From the human T2T-CHM13v2.0 reference genome, Homo sapiens, in NCBI RefSeq assembly GCF_009914755.1, contig NC_060929.1: a stretch of 64,000 nt of DNA. The stretch is one strand, 5' to 3'. Position numbers and translations under genes: made by a program. Below the pieces are notes generated by a model, which worked only from the letters and a program-made list of their open reading frames with translations, had not been told where the DNA came from and made no database searches. Positions 25,348 through 46,800 of the stretch are shown piece by piece; the first letter of the stretch is position 1, and each line of letters starts with the position of its first letter.

Positions 25348-28293
25348 GCACGCCTCTTATTTTTAATGTTCGGTTTGCTTCATGAGTCCTTGTGTCGAAT
25401 ACTATTCTGGGCAATGATTATTCATTAATACAAATAAACATTAGATTATAGGAAGAGTAAGCTTCCCATGATAACCGAAGTTATTATCAGATCCTAAAAG
25501 CAATAATTAAAAACCCTGTTCCCAGGTAGAATTGTAAAGTGGATGACTCCTGCATCCAGCATTCTCCCATTCATTTTTAGAGCCATCCAACTCCCTCAGT
25601 CACTTCACTGCCATTCCCTTTCCCAAGCCCCGGCTGCCGTCTAGATAGTCAGAGCTTCTTGGCCCATTGCAAGCACTCATCATGATGTTTAGCCACCAAC
25701 CCAGCATTGTTTGGCATCTTTCTAAATTTCTTGGTTTTCACTCAAACCTCCCATAATCCAAATGATGACTGCTATAGAATTCCATCAGAAGACTTATGAA
25801 GACAAGTGATTTGACAGCAAAGAGTCAGAATTCTTAGGTTACAGTGGCAAAATCCTGTAGGCTCCATGTCTGTCATATATTGCTATTTGTTCAGTCTTAC
25901 TTTGATCTACTCACTAAACAATTCATCCTCTATAGAACTGAGGGTGCAAAGGTGGTTGGTAGTGGGTTAAAGAGGAAAGTCAAATCAGAAATGAAGAAGA
26001 GGTTGAAGAGACCACATGTAGATTAAAAATAAACTTTTTTGGGGCATTGATTTTCATTTAGTCACAATATTTTTATTTTCAAATAACATTAAAGAAAAAC
26101 AAACAGTCTTTATGTTTTTTAAAGGAGAAGCAGAGAAATATTACACTATTCCTAGTCAAAAGTAATGTTAGCAGGAATGTCTAGACTATTTCTATGTGTT
26201 TATTTCTCTTTATTTTAGTTAAATGATAGATTTACTCACTTGCAACTAACTCTTGCTATATTTCTCCCATTTCAAAATTCTTAAACTATTGTAGCTAAAA
26301 ATTGTATCTATTTTACTTAGCTGCCTTTGGTAGCATTTGAAAGTGAATGCAAAATTTCTGGACAAAATAGAAACAGGTACATGGGCTAATATAGGAATAT
26401 ACACAATACTGTTAACTGTCCCAAGATTTTTCATTGATTATGTCTTCCATGGTGAGATTTCAGGCATAAAATTGGTTTGGGTTAGTACAAAGTCTGGCCC
26501 AACATATGCTTACTTGTAGTTCTTCCTAATAAGTCAAACAAGCTCACATTTATGGTGCTGAATATATTCTAGATTCATTGTATCTGTAGTTGCTAAAAAT
26601 TTAGTTCCATGCCTTAGGATGGTATTAGAATGTCCATGATAAGAAAAATAAGTGCAGCAAAATAAAAGAAATGCCACGCCTATCTTTCTGTATTATTTTT
26701 TCCACTGGAGAAGGACAGATTTTACTCATTAAAACTACAAAAGTCTGAGACCAACTGCTCCATATTCTTTTGTGTTCGTTAAATGTTGTTATTTGGAGGT
26801 GACTTAATTAGACTAAAGCTAGAAGAGAAAACAATAGAATGTCAAAGATGCTTTTCAAGTTGTAAACTAATGTTTTAAGTTATAAACTACTTGATACTAT
26901 TTTCTTAATTAAAAAGATATTTCTGAATCGAAAAGATCAAAGCTTCTGAGTAAATTTAGAAAGCATTTTTTTGTCATTTACAGAAAAGGGCTTTAAGAGC
27001 CTATGTTCCTTTGGCTTTAAGAGCTCTTCACTGTGACTTCAAAGTAATCATTTTCAGATTAATAAACTGGAGCTCGTCTTTGGAATTATCAGTTTTTCTT
27101 TTATTACAGAATCTGAGGTTAGCCAGAATCCATCTGCAGAACATGAGGCAGAAGGGAGAAACACCTAACAAGGTGAGGCCTTCCTTAACTATTTTAACAC
27201 AAGCAATTAACCATTTATACTCACTTAAAAGCAGACAGCTGGGATGATGGTGTCTGCTAAAAAAAAAAAGTGTAATGAAATGTTCTTTAGTTTTTTGATC
27301 TTTAGTAAAATTTCATCTTCGTATAAAATTTTATTAACCATTCCACTAACTTGTTACTTCTCCACTCCACCTCCCCACTCCCTTTAGAATCCTTAGTTTG
27401 AAGACATAATTCTTTAAATGATCTGTCTCAGGGAGGGGGGATCTTGTTACTTTTAAGGACTGCAAATAGCATTATAAACTTTGTTTTTATTTTTAAATAC
27501 GAATATCGACTGAAGCTCTCAAATCAATCAATATTGTTGCCAAATTTTGTAAAACGCACTGTCTTAGCTCTCTAACGATAGAGTTCTAATATAAATGTAA
27601 AAACCAACCTATCAACATGTTTTCAAAAATACTTTTTGTAAAGAACAGTACAATTTTGTGGTGTCCAAATATTCCTTTCTTTCTTACAAAATATTATTGG
27701 ATCTGTCCAGTTCATAAATATTCCTGCCCTCTCTTCCTCCCTCCCTGCCTCTCTCTCCCTGCAGTTTTTTTGATGTTTGTTCTTTTCTTTCCATTTTCTA
27801 GTTATTAATTGGTTCAATGGATGACCTTTGTGCGACACTGTTATACCTTATCAGCCTCGCCAGGGCCCCCGCGCCGCCCAATCCCAGCAACTCTGGTTCT
27901 CCTGTGACCCCAAGCCTTCCAGATCCCTGGGTTTCCCCCCACGGGACTGTCACATTCTTCCCCGCCGGAGACGCCAGTCGCGGGGCCTCCTCCCTGGGGT
28001 GTGAGCAGGTCGGCGCGCCACACTTCTCTAGGTGGCCGGACGCGCGCCCAGGGAGGAGCTGGCGGCGGGGCCCAGGCTGTTCCGGCTGCGGCACGCCAGG
28101 GGATGTGGTTAGCCCTGAGCCTGGAGGCCGAAGGTGGGCAGGCAACACTCCCACCATGTTTCGGAGGAGAATACACTAGGCTAGCCTAACGACACTCGGA
28201 GTGCGAGCTGCGGCTGGGGTAGGGGCACCCCTTTCCAGCGGGCGCGTGGGTCACCAAGGAGCAGTTCTCCGGGACCCGTTGCGTCCGAGGGAC

Positions 28294-28326
28294 TGGGCGG
28301 GGCTGGGCGGGGCAGGACGGGGGCGG
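28294..28326 (+). promoter_or_regulatory. Tandem Sp/KLF GC boxes
   Basis: TGGGCGGGGC twice (28294-28313) plus GGGGGCGG (28319-28326). Confidence 0.7.
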
Positions 28327-28547
28327 CGCTCAGGAACCCTGGAACCCGCTGGCCCTGAGGCCACGGACCGAGACGTGGTGCTGAGCCCCTGCGCGGTTTC
28401 TGGTGCGTAGAGACTGTAAATCGCTGCGCTTCTCAGTCATCATCATCCCAGCTTTTCCCGGCTCGAATTCAGCCTCCAACTCAAGCTCGCGGGAAAGACT
28501 ACCTGAGAGGAGAAAAGCTTCTGTCCCTGGACCTTCTTCTGAGGGTG

Positions 28548-28728
28548 GTGAGGTTTGTTTAGGGTCGCAGAAGCAGGGAGGACTGACTCAGCCCTCACAG
28601 AGAAGAGGTCTGGAAAGTCCTGGGGAACTCGCAGGGCACGGGCCGCTGTCGCGGTTGGGAGGCGAGGGCGCAGCGCTGGGGTTGTAGATTCCAAGACCCC
28701 TGAGGGTGGCTGTGTTGGTTTCTCGCAG
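28548..28728 (+). other. Candidate 181-nt intron in the SLC27A6 5'UTR
   Basis: Donor GTG|GTGAGG at 28548 and acceptor gttggtttctcgcag| at 28728; inferred from motifs only. Confidence 0.5.
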
Positions 28729-28992
28729 GAGTCGGAGGCTCCCTGCTTTCCAGCCGCCCAGTGACCCAAGCTTAATCTTCAGCACCACTTGGGGCGACCT
28801 TTTCGGTGCAAACCTACGATTCTGTTTCTCAGGATTCCTCCCCATCCCGCTTCGCCCCGGAAAAGCTGACAAGAACTTCAGGTGTAAGCCCTGAGTAGTG
28901 AGGATCTGCGGTCTCCGTGGAGAGCTGTGCCTGGAAGAGAAGGACGCTGGTGGGGGCTGAGATCAGAGCTGTCTTCTGGCCCAGTTGCCCCC

Positions 28993-29473
28993 ATGCTTCT
29001 GTCATGGCTAACAGTTCTAGGGGCTGGAATGGTCGTCCTGCACTTCTTGCAGAAACTCCTGTTCCCTTACTTTTGGGATGACTTCTGGTTCGTGTTGAAG
29101 GTGGTGCTCATTATAATTCGGCTGAAGAAGTATGAAAAGAGAGGGGAGCTGGTGACTGTGCTGGATAAATTCTTGAGTCATGCCAAAAGACAACCTCGGA
29201 AACCTTTCATCATCTATGAGGGAGACATCTACACCTATCAGGATGTAGACAAAAGGAGCAGCAGAGTGGCCCATGTCTTCCTGAACCATTCCTCTCTGAA
29301 AAAGGGGGACACGGTGGCTCTGCTGATGAGCAATGAGCCGGACTTCGTTCACGTGTGGTTCGGCCTCGCCAAGCTGGGCTGCGTGGTGGCCTTTCTCAAC
29401 ACCAACATTCGCTCCAACTCCCTCCTGAATTGCATCCGCGCCTGTGGGCCCAGAGCCCTAGTGGTGGGCGCAG
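28993..29473 (+). CDS. SLC27A6: SLC27A6/FATP6 coding exon 1 (aa 1-160 plus 1 nt; N-terminal membrane anchor)
   Basis: ATG at 28993 encodes MLLSWLTVLGAGMVVLHFLQKLLFPYFWDD...RALVVGA, matching the FATP6 N-terminus; donor GCAG|GTAGAG at 29474; phase 1. Confidence 0.97.
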
Positions 29474-30601
29474 GTAGAGTATGGGGTGTGGTCTGCCTAT
29501 ACAGAATGGCAGCCCACCTGCTTTCATACCCTTTTTTTTTTCTTTAGGATAATTCGTAACTAATATTTTGGGTGAGTGAAGTGTGCATGTTAAGAGTACA
29601 AAATAGTTTTATGATTCTATGCTGGTTTAACAACTGTCTCCTCCCTTCAGGCACGTAGTTTCAGAAAACTTTTATGAAATCTCTGCTTCCTACCATTTTG
29701 AGACAGGGACAGTTTTACTGCTATTGGTTCCTTCAGTGAGTGCAAGAACACACAGAGAACTTGGTCACTTCTAAATTTTATCAGCTCTGACAAAATGGTG
29801 AATAGGAAAGTTATCTGACTTCATTGTGACACGTCTACCTACCTCTAATTGTACTTTATCAGGGATGACTACATTTGCAGAAGAGATATGTTTAAAGGAA
29901 GGTACCTGAATTCCTTTCTTCATGTCTGCTCTTATTTTATACTGTCTGCAAGCTAGGACTTGCCTAGCAAGGTTGCGCTCCCACCTGTGAGCCAGAACGT
30001 GGGCTCTTGGCAGACTCTAGGAGCCTTTCTGTTTCTTCTTCTTATCCTTCCATGCATCCTTTTCTTTTTTTGACTAAGTTCTACCCTTCCTCCTCCCCCT
30101 GCCTTGGAGTTAGGACATCTTAGGCTACACGTATTTTCACTGAACTGTAAAGAAAAGCCTGGGGTTTAGTGGCTAATTAGTAAAGAAGCTAGGAAGATGG
30201 GTTGCTTAATGAAATAGAAGTGAAATATGAAAAATGATACTTATTTGGTGTAATCTAAATGGTTTATGCAGAGTCTTCTTCAATGGGGAAGGAAGGTGCG
30301 GAAAGAGGAAGATCCATTGCAAGGACCATAATGAAAATATTTAAGTATTTTAGATTAATAGATACATACCAATACCTTGTATAAAGTTTTTAAACTCACA
30401 GAACAATATGGAAAAATATATTTATACCCTGGTGATCTCTAAGGTATAGAACTTTTCAAATAACCTTTATGATATAATATTTGTATATCAAACCAAAGTG
30501 AGTTAGGCAGTATATGGAAAATGGGCTAGCCCTTCAAGGCTATCACTGTTCCTAGTTCTTTTCAGTTCAACTTGTGGTCTGATAAAGTGGCAAATGTATA
30601 C

Positions 30602-36761
<6,160 letters not shown>

Positions 36762-37870
36762 AATAAAAACACAAAGGTTTACTTCTGAGCACTCATTTTA
36801 ATCTTGTTTTCATTACGGGAGGAAAGGGTCTAGGAGCAAATGTAAACTCCAAGTTTTGCTAATAATTGATAAGGCCGTAAGTTCTGTTTACAAGGGCCAA
36901 CCAAGAGGGCCACAGTGTCCCTGAAAAAATGGAGACATTCCAAAGCCGGTTTCCTGAGAGATTCGTCTTAAAGTACATAGGACTGGCTACTTCTCAAGAT
37001 AGAGCATTCAGGCTTTTCTGTTGACCGAATTGTTGTTTAACTAGGACCAATTAATTTTGCAGTTTTACTTGTGCCAGCTTTTACTTTGCTTGCCAATAAC
37101 TAATTGCATTGTTTTCTTATTTTTGTTTTTAACACCAACAGTCAGTTTTTTGTATTTAAAAAAGCCACTTTGGGATACTGAAGTTTTAAGCCAAGACTAT
37201 TTAGTTGATTGGCTCGGTAAGTAGGTCACTGGAGAAGTCACCCATTCTTTCTGGCATACCTTCAAATATAAATGAGATATATGTTTTCCAAAGATGGAAA
37301 AATTCTATTTTGATTAACAGATTTTGTAATAAGATGTAGCTTAGATCATAGTCACTTTTATACTTAAAATACTGTGTTGTTGGCATCTGGAGTCTCATTT
37401 GTGAACAATATAAACATACTCTTTTTAGCACATTAAATTTCAGATTTCTTGGATTCTCATTGGATGTTTCTGATGGTGTACTATTAAATCATTATACCCC
37501 CAGGGAGAGTATATTGAGGTAGAAAGATGAATCATGTGGTTCAGACGGAGGTAAGCCAGACAGACCCAAATTCCATGTATGGTCTGCCACTTCCTGGCTG
37601 TATGGTTAAAGATAATATCATCAGTTACCCTGGATCTCACTGAACTTAGTTGTAAAATGGTGATGATACCATCTGATTCACAGTATAATTCTGAGGATTA
37701 AATGACACATCTTTTGTAAAGTGGCTAGCTGAGTGCCTGGTATGTACTAAGTAGATCTTATTGTATTTAAATGATTGCTATTATGATTATAGAGTAATCC
37801 TGGGGCTTTTAATAAGGGATCTCATTTGGATTTTGCAGCTACAACCTTATTTGATGTTAGCTAGTATATA

Positions 37871-38520
<650 letters not shown>

Positions 38521-39077
38521 CTATGTGTTAGCAGTAAGTTAATGACAGAGTTAGGATTTGAGCCCATGTTTACCTGATATCATGATGTGTATTTCTCACA
38601 TTCAGACTTGCCCCTTCTGTAAGGAGGCATATCCTTTCTTTACATTATTTTTGCTCCTGACAGTATTCAAGCATCATTCCCTTTCAATAAATACATGTTC
38701 AACAGATATTATAAATAAAAACCCCAGAGTCAGTGCCTCCATGGCCAGTAAAGAAGAAACCACGCATTATCAGTGCTTAGAACACTGCCTTTTCTAGCTA
38801 CTGAACCATGAAGCCATTTAAACTTCCTATTAAAATCAATTATTTTCTTTTGTAACAGAAGTAATTGTTGATCTAGCTGAGTCTAGGAATGAAAAAGAAA
38901 AAAAAAACAAAAAGCCAAACAGTCTATTCTACTAAATACAAGTAGAAATTTAGAAATGTCCTGAAAAGTAAAACAGATACCATGTATGGATATCATAGTA
39001 TGTAGGTAAGATAATAAAAGTTCACATGAGCTATGTATTTTATCTATCGGCATACATAACACTTTCTATAAAACTTA

Positions 39078-39528
<451 letters not shown>

Positions 39529-41664
39529 CTACAAACTATGCACCATTTCAGTGTAACAGTTTACTAACAGTGCAAGGCTGCATGCATTATTTTGTGTTTA
39601 TAGAGAAGACACAGGATTTTTACTTCTTACGAAGAGAAATCTGAAATGCTTCAAAATATGTTGAACAGCAAAATACTATCAAATCTAAATTGAAAGAGTT
39701 CCGGGTAATTGAATAGTTTTTTAAAGGTCTCTATTTATAAGTATAATGATTTAATATGTGGTGTATTAAGAAAGGATGGAGAATAAAATATATACCATAT
39801 GCAAGTAAATCTGAAGCCTTGTGGGTGCCTACTATGTCTAAAGTGCTTTGTACCTTTTGGGAGTGATGATTAGTAACATTGACATCAACACAACCAGGAA
39901 ATCCCAACCATATCACCACCCTCAAAACCAGTTACCAAATGAACAGTGGAGAGTGGACAACTTTTTGCAAAAATATGCGAAGTAAATTAAAAGTTAGCAA
40001 GTGTTCATGTGTATCATAGTTTTTATTATGCCATTCATTCACTCATTCATCCAGATAATAAATACTTGTTGAATATCTCCTTTGTGCTAAGTCCTGAAAA
40101 TTTAGCAGTGAACAAAACAAATTTCCTCAGTTCAAGAGTTTACAACCTAGTTCTTGAACTATTCCTTGAGGCTGCATCAACATCTATTTGTGAATTGGCA
40201 AAGAGAGCTTTATGATTGGAGGGAGTCACTGTAAAGACACATAGAGCACCTGAGGCAGGTGAGGTCAGTGGAAAAGGTACTCAAAGTAGATGGATAGAGA
40301 AAAGGTGAGAGAGAAAAGGAAAGGGGTGGGGGAACAAGGGAGAAAAGGAGAGGGAAAGGGAGAAGATGGAGATGAGGGAATGAGCAGGAGGAGAAAGGAG
40401 GAAAAAGACAAAGGTAAGCCCTTCAGGCTTTTATGATTTAGCATCAGAAAATCTGAACTCTAGTTCCCATGCCACCTTGCCTAGATGTATGAGCTTGAGT
40501 AGAGTATTTGCCCACTATAACCAGGCTTCCCTCGTCCTTAAAATAAGGTTAATATTTACCTATCATGGCTGTAAGTGTTGATCACCAAAAATAATGTATA
40601 AAAACATTTTGTAATCTATGAAGTACTTTAAAATGGCAAGTATTCTTATTTATCATCAGCAGCATTATAATTATGACTAAACATGCCAAAGGATATAGAG
40701 ATAATAGCATACAAATTTTAAATGATATAAAAGCACCCCAACATTGTTCTGTTTGTTTTAAGTAAAGAGAAGAGCATAGATCAGTAGATGGTAATCTTGG
40801 CAGCAGATAATATTAGCAATATCAGAGATGAAAAATTGGGGGAAAGGTTGAGGTTTAATCTCAAACACTTTAATTTTCAATAAGTTTCCCAGAGAAATTT
40901 GGGATGCCATTTGATATATGTTCTAATCCAAAAATACACAGATATAAGACTTCTGCAAGTATTTTTGAGTCTTCAGACTGTGTGGGAAGGAAATAATAGT
41001 ATTATAAAAATTTTAACATTTTTCTTATCTGTGTATAAAAAACTTGGTGTCTTAATATTGGTAACTTTTATTTTCATATTTTGTATAGCCTGAATGTGTA
41101 TTTTTTCAGTTACATCAAAGTGGAATTGACAGTCTCAGAAACATTGGACTATATAGTATAGAGACCATGTTTTGAGTCTGCTCTGCAACCTACTAAGCTG
41201 TGTTACCTTAAAAAAGTTACTTAATAGTTTACCATTTCAGTTTCTAAAATATAGCACTTTACCTGTCTCCCAAAACCGCTGAGAGTGCCTTTTAGTTAGC
41301 CTTGAGTACATGGCAACCATTATTTTTGTTAGTGACAATAACAAGAGTAACATTTGCCTGGTGGTTTAGCTGAAATCTTTTCCTTTGGCTTATTCCTAAA
41401 GACAGTTATCAGATACCAGCCATGATAGAAACTTCACCTATCACAGTGCACATTATCTGGCGTGGCCTATGAAACCTGTTTGGAATTGCTTCTGTATAAC
41501 TTATGAAAAATAGAGTTTTTCTAAAATGTACCAAAACAATGTGTTTAAGGTTCTATTTCAAAGAAACCACACTATTATTTGAAGCTACATGGAAATGCCT
41601 GAATACATAGTTCTAGGAGGTATAACTTAAAAATAGAAGGCAAAATCATTATAAAGCCAATAAT

Positions 41665-41880
41665 AGAATGCATACATGATGATGGTCCCATAAGATTGTA
41701 ATACTCTATTGTACCTTTTCTAAGTTTAAATATATTTAAATACACAAACACATATTACTGTGTTAGAATTGCCTGCAGTGTTTTCAGTACAGTAACATGG
41801 TGTACAGGTTTGTAGCCTAGGAGCGATAGGCTATATATCATACAGCCTAGGTGTGTAGTGGGCTATATCACTTAGGTTTG
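41665..41880. mobile_element. Tigger3a-like fragment, opposite orientation to the 37871 copy
   Basis: gatggtcccataagatt...gtttgtagcctaggagc...cctaggtgtgtagt. Confidence 0.7.
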
Positions 41881-43024
41881 ATCAATGATTATCATTCAGT
41901 CTTGTGTGAATTAAATGTAAAGAACTCAACAGAATACCAGGATCATAAAGTATATTCAACAAATGGATGCAATCATTATTTTTAACTGCATAATGGCAGA
42001 GACAGCCACCCATAGTAAGAAGTCACTTTTGCTCAGGTCTCTTCATTTGAGATTTGTTGTATGGAGGGAAACCCACGTAGTGTGTTACACAACCTTAGTG
42101 AGTTGGCTTTAAACAGCTTTCTTGTCCTCTCCAGTAGCAGTACATCCATAACTACTTCCCAACCCTCAGTGGCCAAGGTTGGAATGCTCTCAGACACAAG
42201 TTTGGAGTGAGGTCGTTAGCTCTTCTCTGGCCAAAAAGAAGAAGGTTCTTCTACTGTTAATAACAAAGAGGTCATGAGGGAGATAACCCTGATGGGGTCT
42301 GAGTCTTGCAGAAATACTACCTTAGTATTCACTGCGTTTTAAAAATATATATATCATTTACTTACTAATGAGTCTGTCTGTAGATTGCTTTGGTCTGCAT
42401 TTACTCTTCTAATTTCACCACTTTCTTACTGAAAAATAGCAAGCCAGATGCAACATGCCTTCTTGTGCCATTTCAGTAATAATTATTCATTGGCAACAGG
42501 AGATGTGTTAGAAATAACATCAAATGAAGTGTTCGACTTTTTCTTTTTTGTATAATTTTGGTTATAATAATATAATGTATAAATTGTGTTATTATATTAT
42601 AATAATATTCAATCTGCTCACCTCAAAAATGTGGGAACAACTGAGAGTGAAAACACATAAACCCACTTAGAAACTTGTGTGCATATATTCAGGGCAGTTA
42701 AATCATGTCAGGAAAAAATATGTTATTGCAATAGAAAGACTTGTGCTTCTGTTATTCATGAGTTTTGTATTTCACTCCTCGAGAACTTTGCTATGTTAAG
42801 TGAGGAATGAAGCTTCAACTCACCCTGCCTGGTTATGCCCTTTTGGGTGGGAAGAGGAAGGGCATGGTCTGACTTGGAAACAAAACAGGCCAGAATCACT
42901 AGAAGCACTTCTCCCATGTAAGGACCTGGATTCCCAATCTGTTGCTCTCCCTTCCAGGGTCTATCATCTCCTCTTTTCAGTCTTCAACTTTCTATTTAAT
43001 GAGCTTGAGCTCATTGTATGTCCT

Positions 43025-43310
43025 CATCATCATCATCATCATCACAACCAACAGTAGTAGTAATAACAACCACCACCACAGCAGACACCATTTAAGGAGG
43101 ACTGATTCTGGGTCAGGCACCACAATGAATGGTTTATATAGACCATTTAATTATCTCAACAACTGTATAAGTTGTATGGAGTCACTTTTCAAAAGAGGAG
43201 AGGGAGACTCAGAGAAATGAAGTGACTTGTCCAAGGTCACACAACTAGCAAGTGTCAGAAGCAGTGTTTGAATCCAGATTCTCTGGCTGAAAATCCTATA
43301 CTCTAGGGAA
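43025..43310. repeat. (CAT)n/(CAC)n microsatellite followed by a MIR
   Basis: catcatcatcatcatcatcat; MIR core gactcagagaaatgaagtgacttgtccaaggtcacacaactag. Confidence 0.75.
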
Positions 43311-44027
43311 TCAATCCAGAATTCCAGTGTTTTGCTGAAACCATATTTTTTTGTTTTTAAGCCAGTGGGGTCCACAGTGTATGTTGGAACCCATTCTTGG
43401 GCAATAATTTTGCCTACTTAATCATCAATTTTCTTAGAAACCAGAGCTACCCGTGCATTATGTGAAAAGCCTGTTGAACTGCTCTACATAGTAGGATGGT
43501 AACTATAAGGATGTGGCAAGATCTCTAATTTCACTTTGAATTCTAATGTTGCTTTGCAGTATGGGAAGCTAAAGTTAACCATTTGTAGCTGAATACCATA
43601 TTAGGTTTATTAGTGCATAAAATTTAAAAGTTGAAATGCTTACCAATGTATTAACAACCATAATCAATCAATTCCCATGCCATATCTTTGAAAGTATTAG
43701 CTTGTTTTATGTAGAATAATGTAGTTTTTAGTGCAGCATAAATAATATAACTCATACTAATGGCATATTAGAGGGATACATAAAATTTTTACCCATATAT
43801 TTTGCAGTCTCAAAAATGTGAATAAGATCTAATGTTGATGAAGAAACAAGAAATCAATTTGTAAAATAAATGCTAAAGGATTTTAGGCAGGGATTATAAT
43901 TAACATTTTTGTACTTGCAACCCCACCTAATGAAGTACATTGCATGTGGGAGGAAAAAAATATGTAATTTTTGAATGAACATGCTTCTTTGAAAACAGAA
44001 ATTAAGCCTACAATGTAGACTTTGTTA

Positions 44028-44367
<340 letters not shown>

Positions 44368-44561
44368 TCATTTTCCTGCAGTAGTTTACGATCAAAATGG
44401 TACAAATTTCAGTTTCTGTAACCAGTTATCTATCTAGCACCTAATGGCATGCGGCCAGGTAGAGTGAGCAGAAGGATGGAGGAGAACACACATCATTCTT
44501 TTGAGATGCTTATAATTCTACAGGTATCAATGGTAATGCAGTGAAGCATAAATCCTCATGA

Positions 44562-44968
<407 letters not shown>

Positions 44969-45007
44969 AAGATTCATTTTATTAAGAAAGACTGGCAGTG
45001 ATAATGA

Positions 45008-45051
45008 TTCTTTATCCCCTGCATGACTCTTCTTTATCCCCTACATGACTC
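45008..45051. repeat. 22-bp tandem duplication
   Basis: ttctttatcccct(g/a)catgactc x2. Confidence 0.85.
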
Positions 45052-46138
45052 TTTTATTTTAACTTTCTCTATCCTCACCCACATTTCCTACCACTATTGA
45101 AGAAATAATTTTGTTACACTAAATTCTATTTGAGAATTCTAAGCATCTCACCTAAATAAAATTAATTTTAACTTATGAAAGAAGTGACATTGTATCTCCT
45201 CTGATTCCTAGGAACCTTCTCACTTTCTTTTTTCTTGCTGTAAAAATTATCACTCTTGGTAAATACTCAGTTTCTTTGGGCTCTAGAATTCCAACAAAGA
45301 TTTGGAGCCACACTTATTCATATTTTAACTTTCTTGGCACTTATTTCCCCAATTTAGACATACATATCATTAAGAACATATAAAAGTTTGTGCTGGGAAT
45401 TTCTTATTCTAGATGAGAGATTTTGAAATTAAAGTAATGAGTCAGTTCAGAGATTTGCACTTACAAGTTCAAAACCTGAGAAAGAGTCATTACAACAAAA
45501 TCTGGAACAAACATTAAAAAGAAAGTCTAGATCCTTTGCTTATCCAGTTTTTCATGTTTCTAACTTGTCACTCCTCCTATCATCCTTGGTGATTTTTCAC
45601 ATTTTGCCAAAGCAATCTATATACAGCAGCATGATGTGTGTGTGTTAAGTAGAGCTAGGCATTTTCCCTGGATTCTTATATTTTACTTAGATTTGTTATA
45701 GAAATAAAAATTAATAAGACATCTTAAGGCTATGAACCCCACTTTCCACCGCATATCAACTTCATTATAATTTCTGTGTTGCCTTCTATTTTCATACAGG
45801 TTTTATTTATAAACTGCTTAGTCCCACTTGACATATTTATCTTGCTGCTGCTTTGTGATCAATCTGGGTTATAGATTTCATGAAAGTAAATCAAGAGTTT
45901 TCCCCCAATGTATTTCATTGTAGTAGAACTAACCCAATGACTGATAGTTGGCCTTTTGAGGGAACCAGATACTGATTTATGTTTCCAGGGAAATGTTTAA
46001 TGCAGAACTCTGAATTCAAACTCAAAGCAGAATATATCTTGTGATTATTTTAAAATTTTTCCTGAAAAAATTAGAAAAAATATAATTGCTTTAGGTGTAA
46101 AGGTCCACATTTTCATGTACAGAACTTGAGCATTCTGA

Positions 46139-46516
<378 letters not shown>

Positions 46517-46586
46517 TAATTTTATAGTTTTAGAGTTAGTCTATGGTTAGATTACTAATTCTACCATCCACCAACTTGTGAGCTTG

Positions 46587-46800
46587 ATGTATGAGTTTCC
46601 TAAGGCTGCTATAATGAAGTACCACAAACTTGGTGGCTTAAAACAAGCGAAATTTATTTTCTCACAGTTCTGGGGGCTAGACATCCAAAATAAAGCTGTC
46701 AGCAGAGCCATGCTCCCTCAGAAGGATCCAAGAATTTTTTCTTGTCTCTTAGCTTCTGGTAGTTGCCAGTAATGTTGGACTTCCCTTGCATTAACTCCAA
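46587..46800. mobile_element. MLT1 LTR fragment
   Basis: tgtatgagtttcctaaggctgctataatgaagtaccacaaacttggtggcttaaaac. Confidence 0.75.

Larger units (their letters stand above)
27855..28930 (+). promoter_or_regulatory. SLC27A6: CpG island / TATA-less promoter and 5'UTR of SLC27A6
   Basis: Abrupt GC- and CpG-rich tract in an AT-rich background, immediately upstream of the start codon. Confidence 0.9.

Noticed and set aside
27798-28894. Cluster of overlapping 60-120-aa ORFs on both strands
   Set aside because: Expected by-product of GC-rich CpG-island sequence; low-complexity Gly/Pro/Arg/Ala products with no recognisable homology.
28927-29547. 206-aa ORF as a single-exon protein
   Set aside because: It is exon 1 read from an upstream GTG and through the donor at 29474; the spliced frame continues in exon 2.
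40290-40412. Purine-rich GA tract as an H-DNA element
   Set aside because: Imperfect low-complexity sequence without a clear mirror repeat.
42800-43220. ORFs with poly-His/poly-Ile runs
   Set aside because: Translation of a (CAT)n microsatellite next to a MIR.
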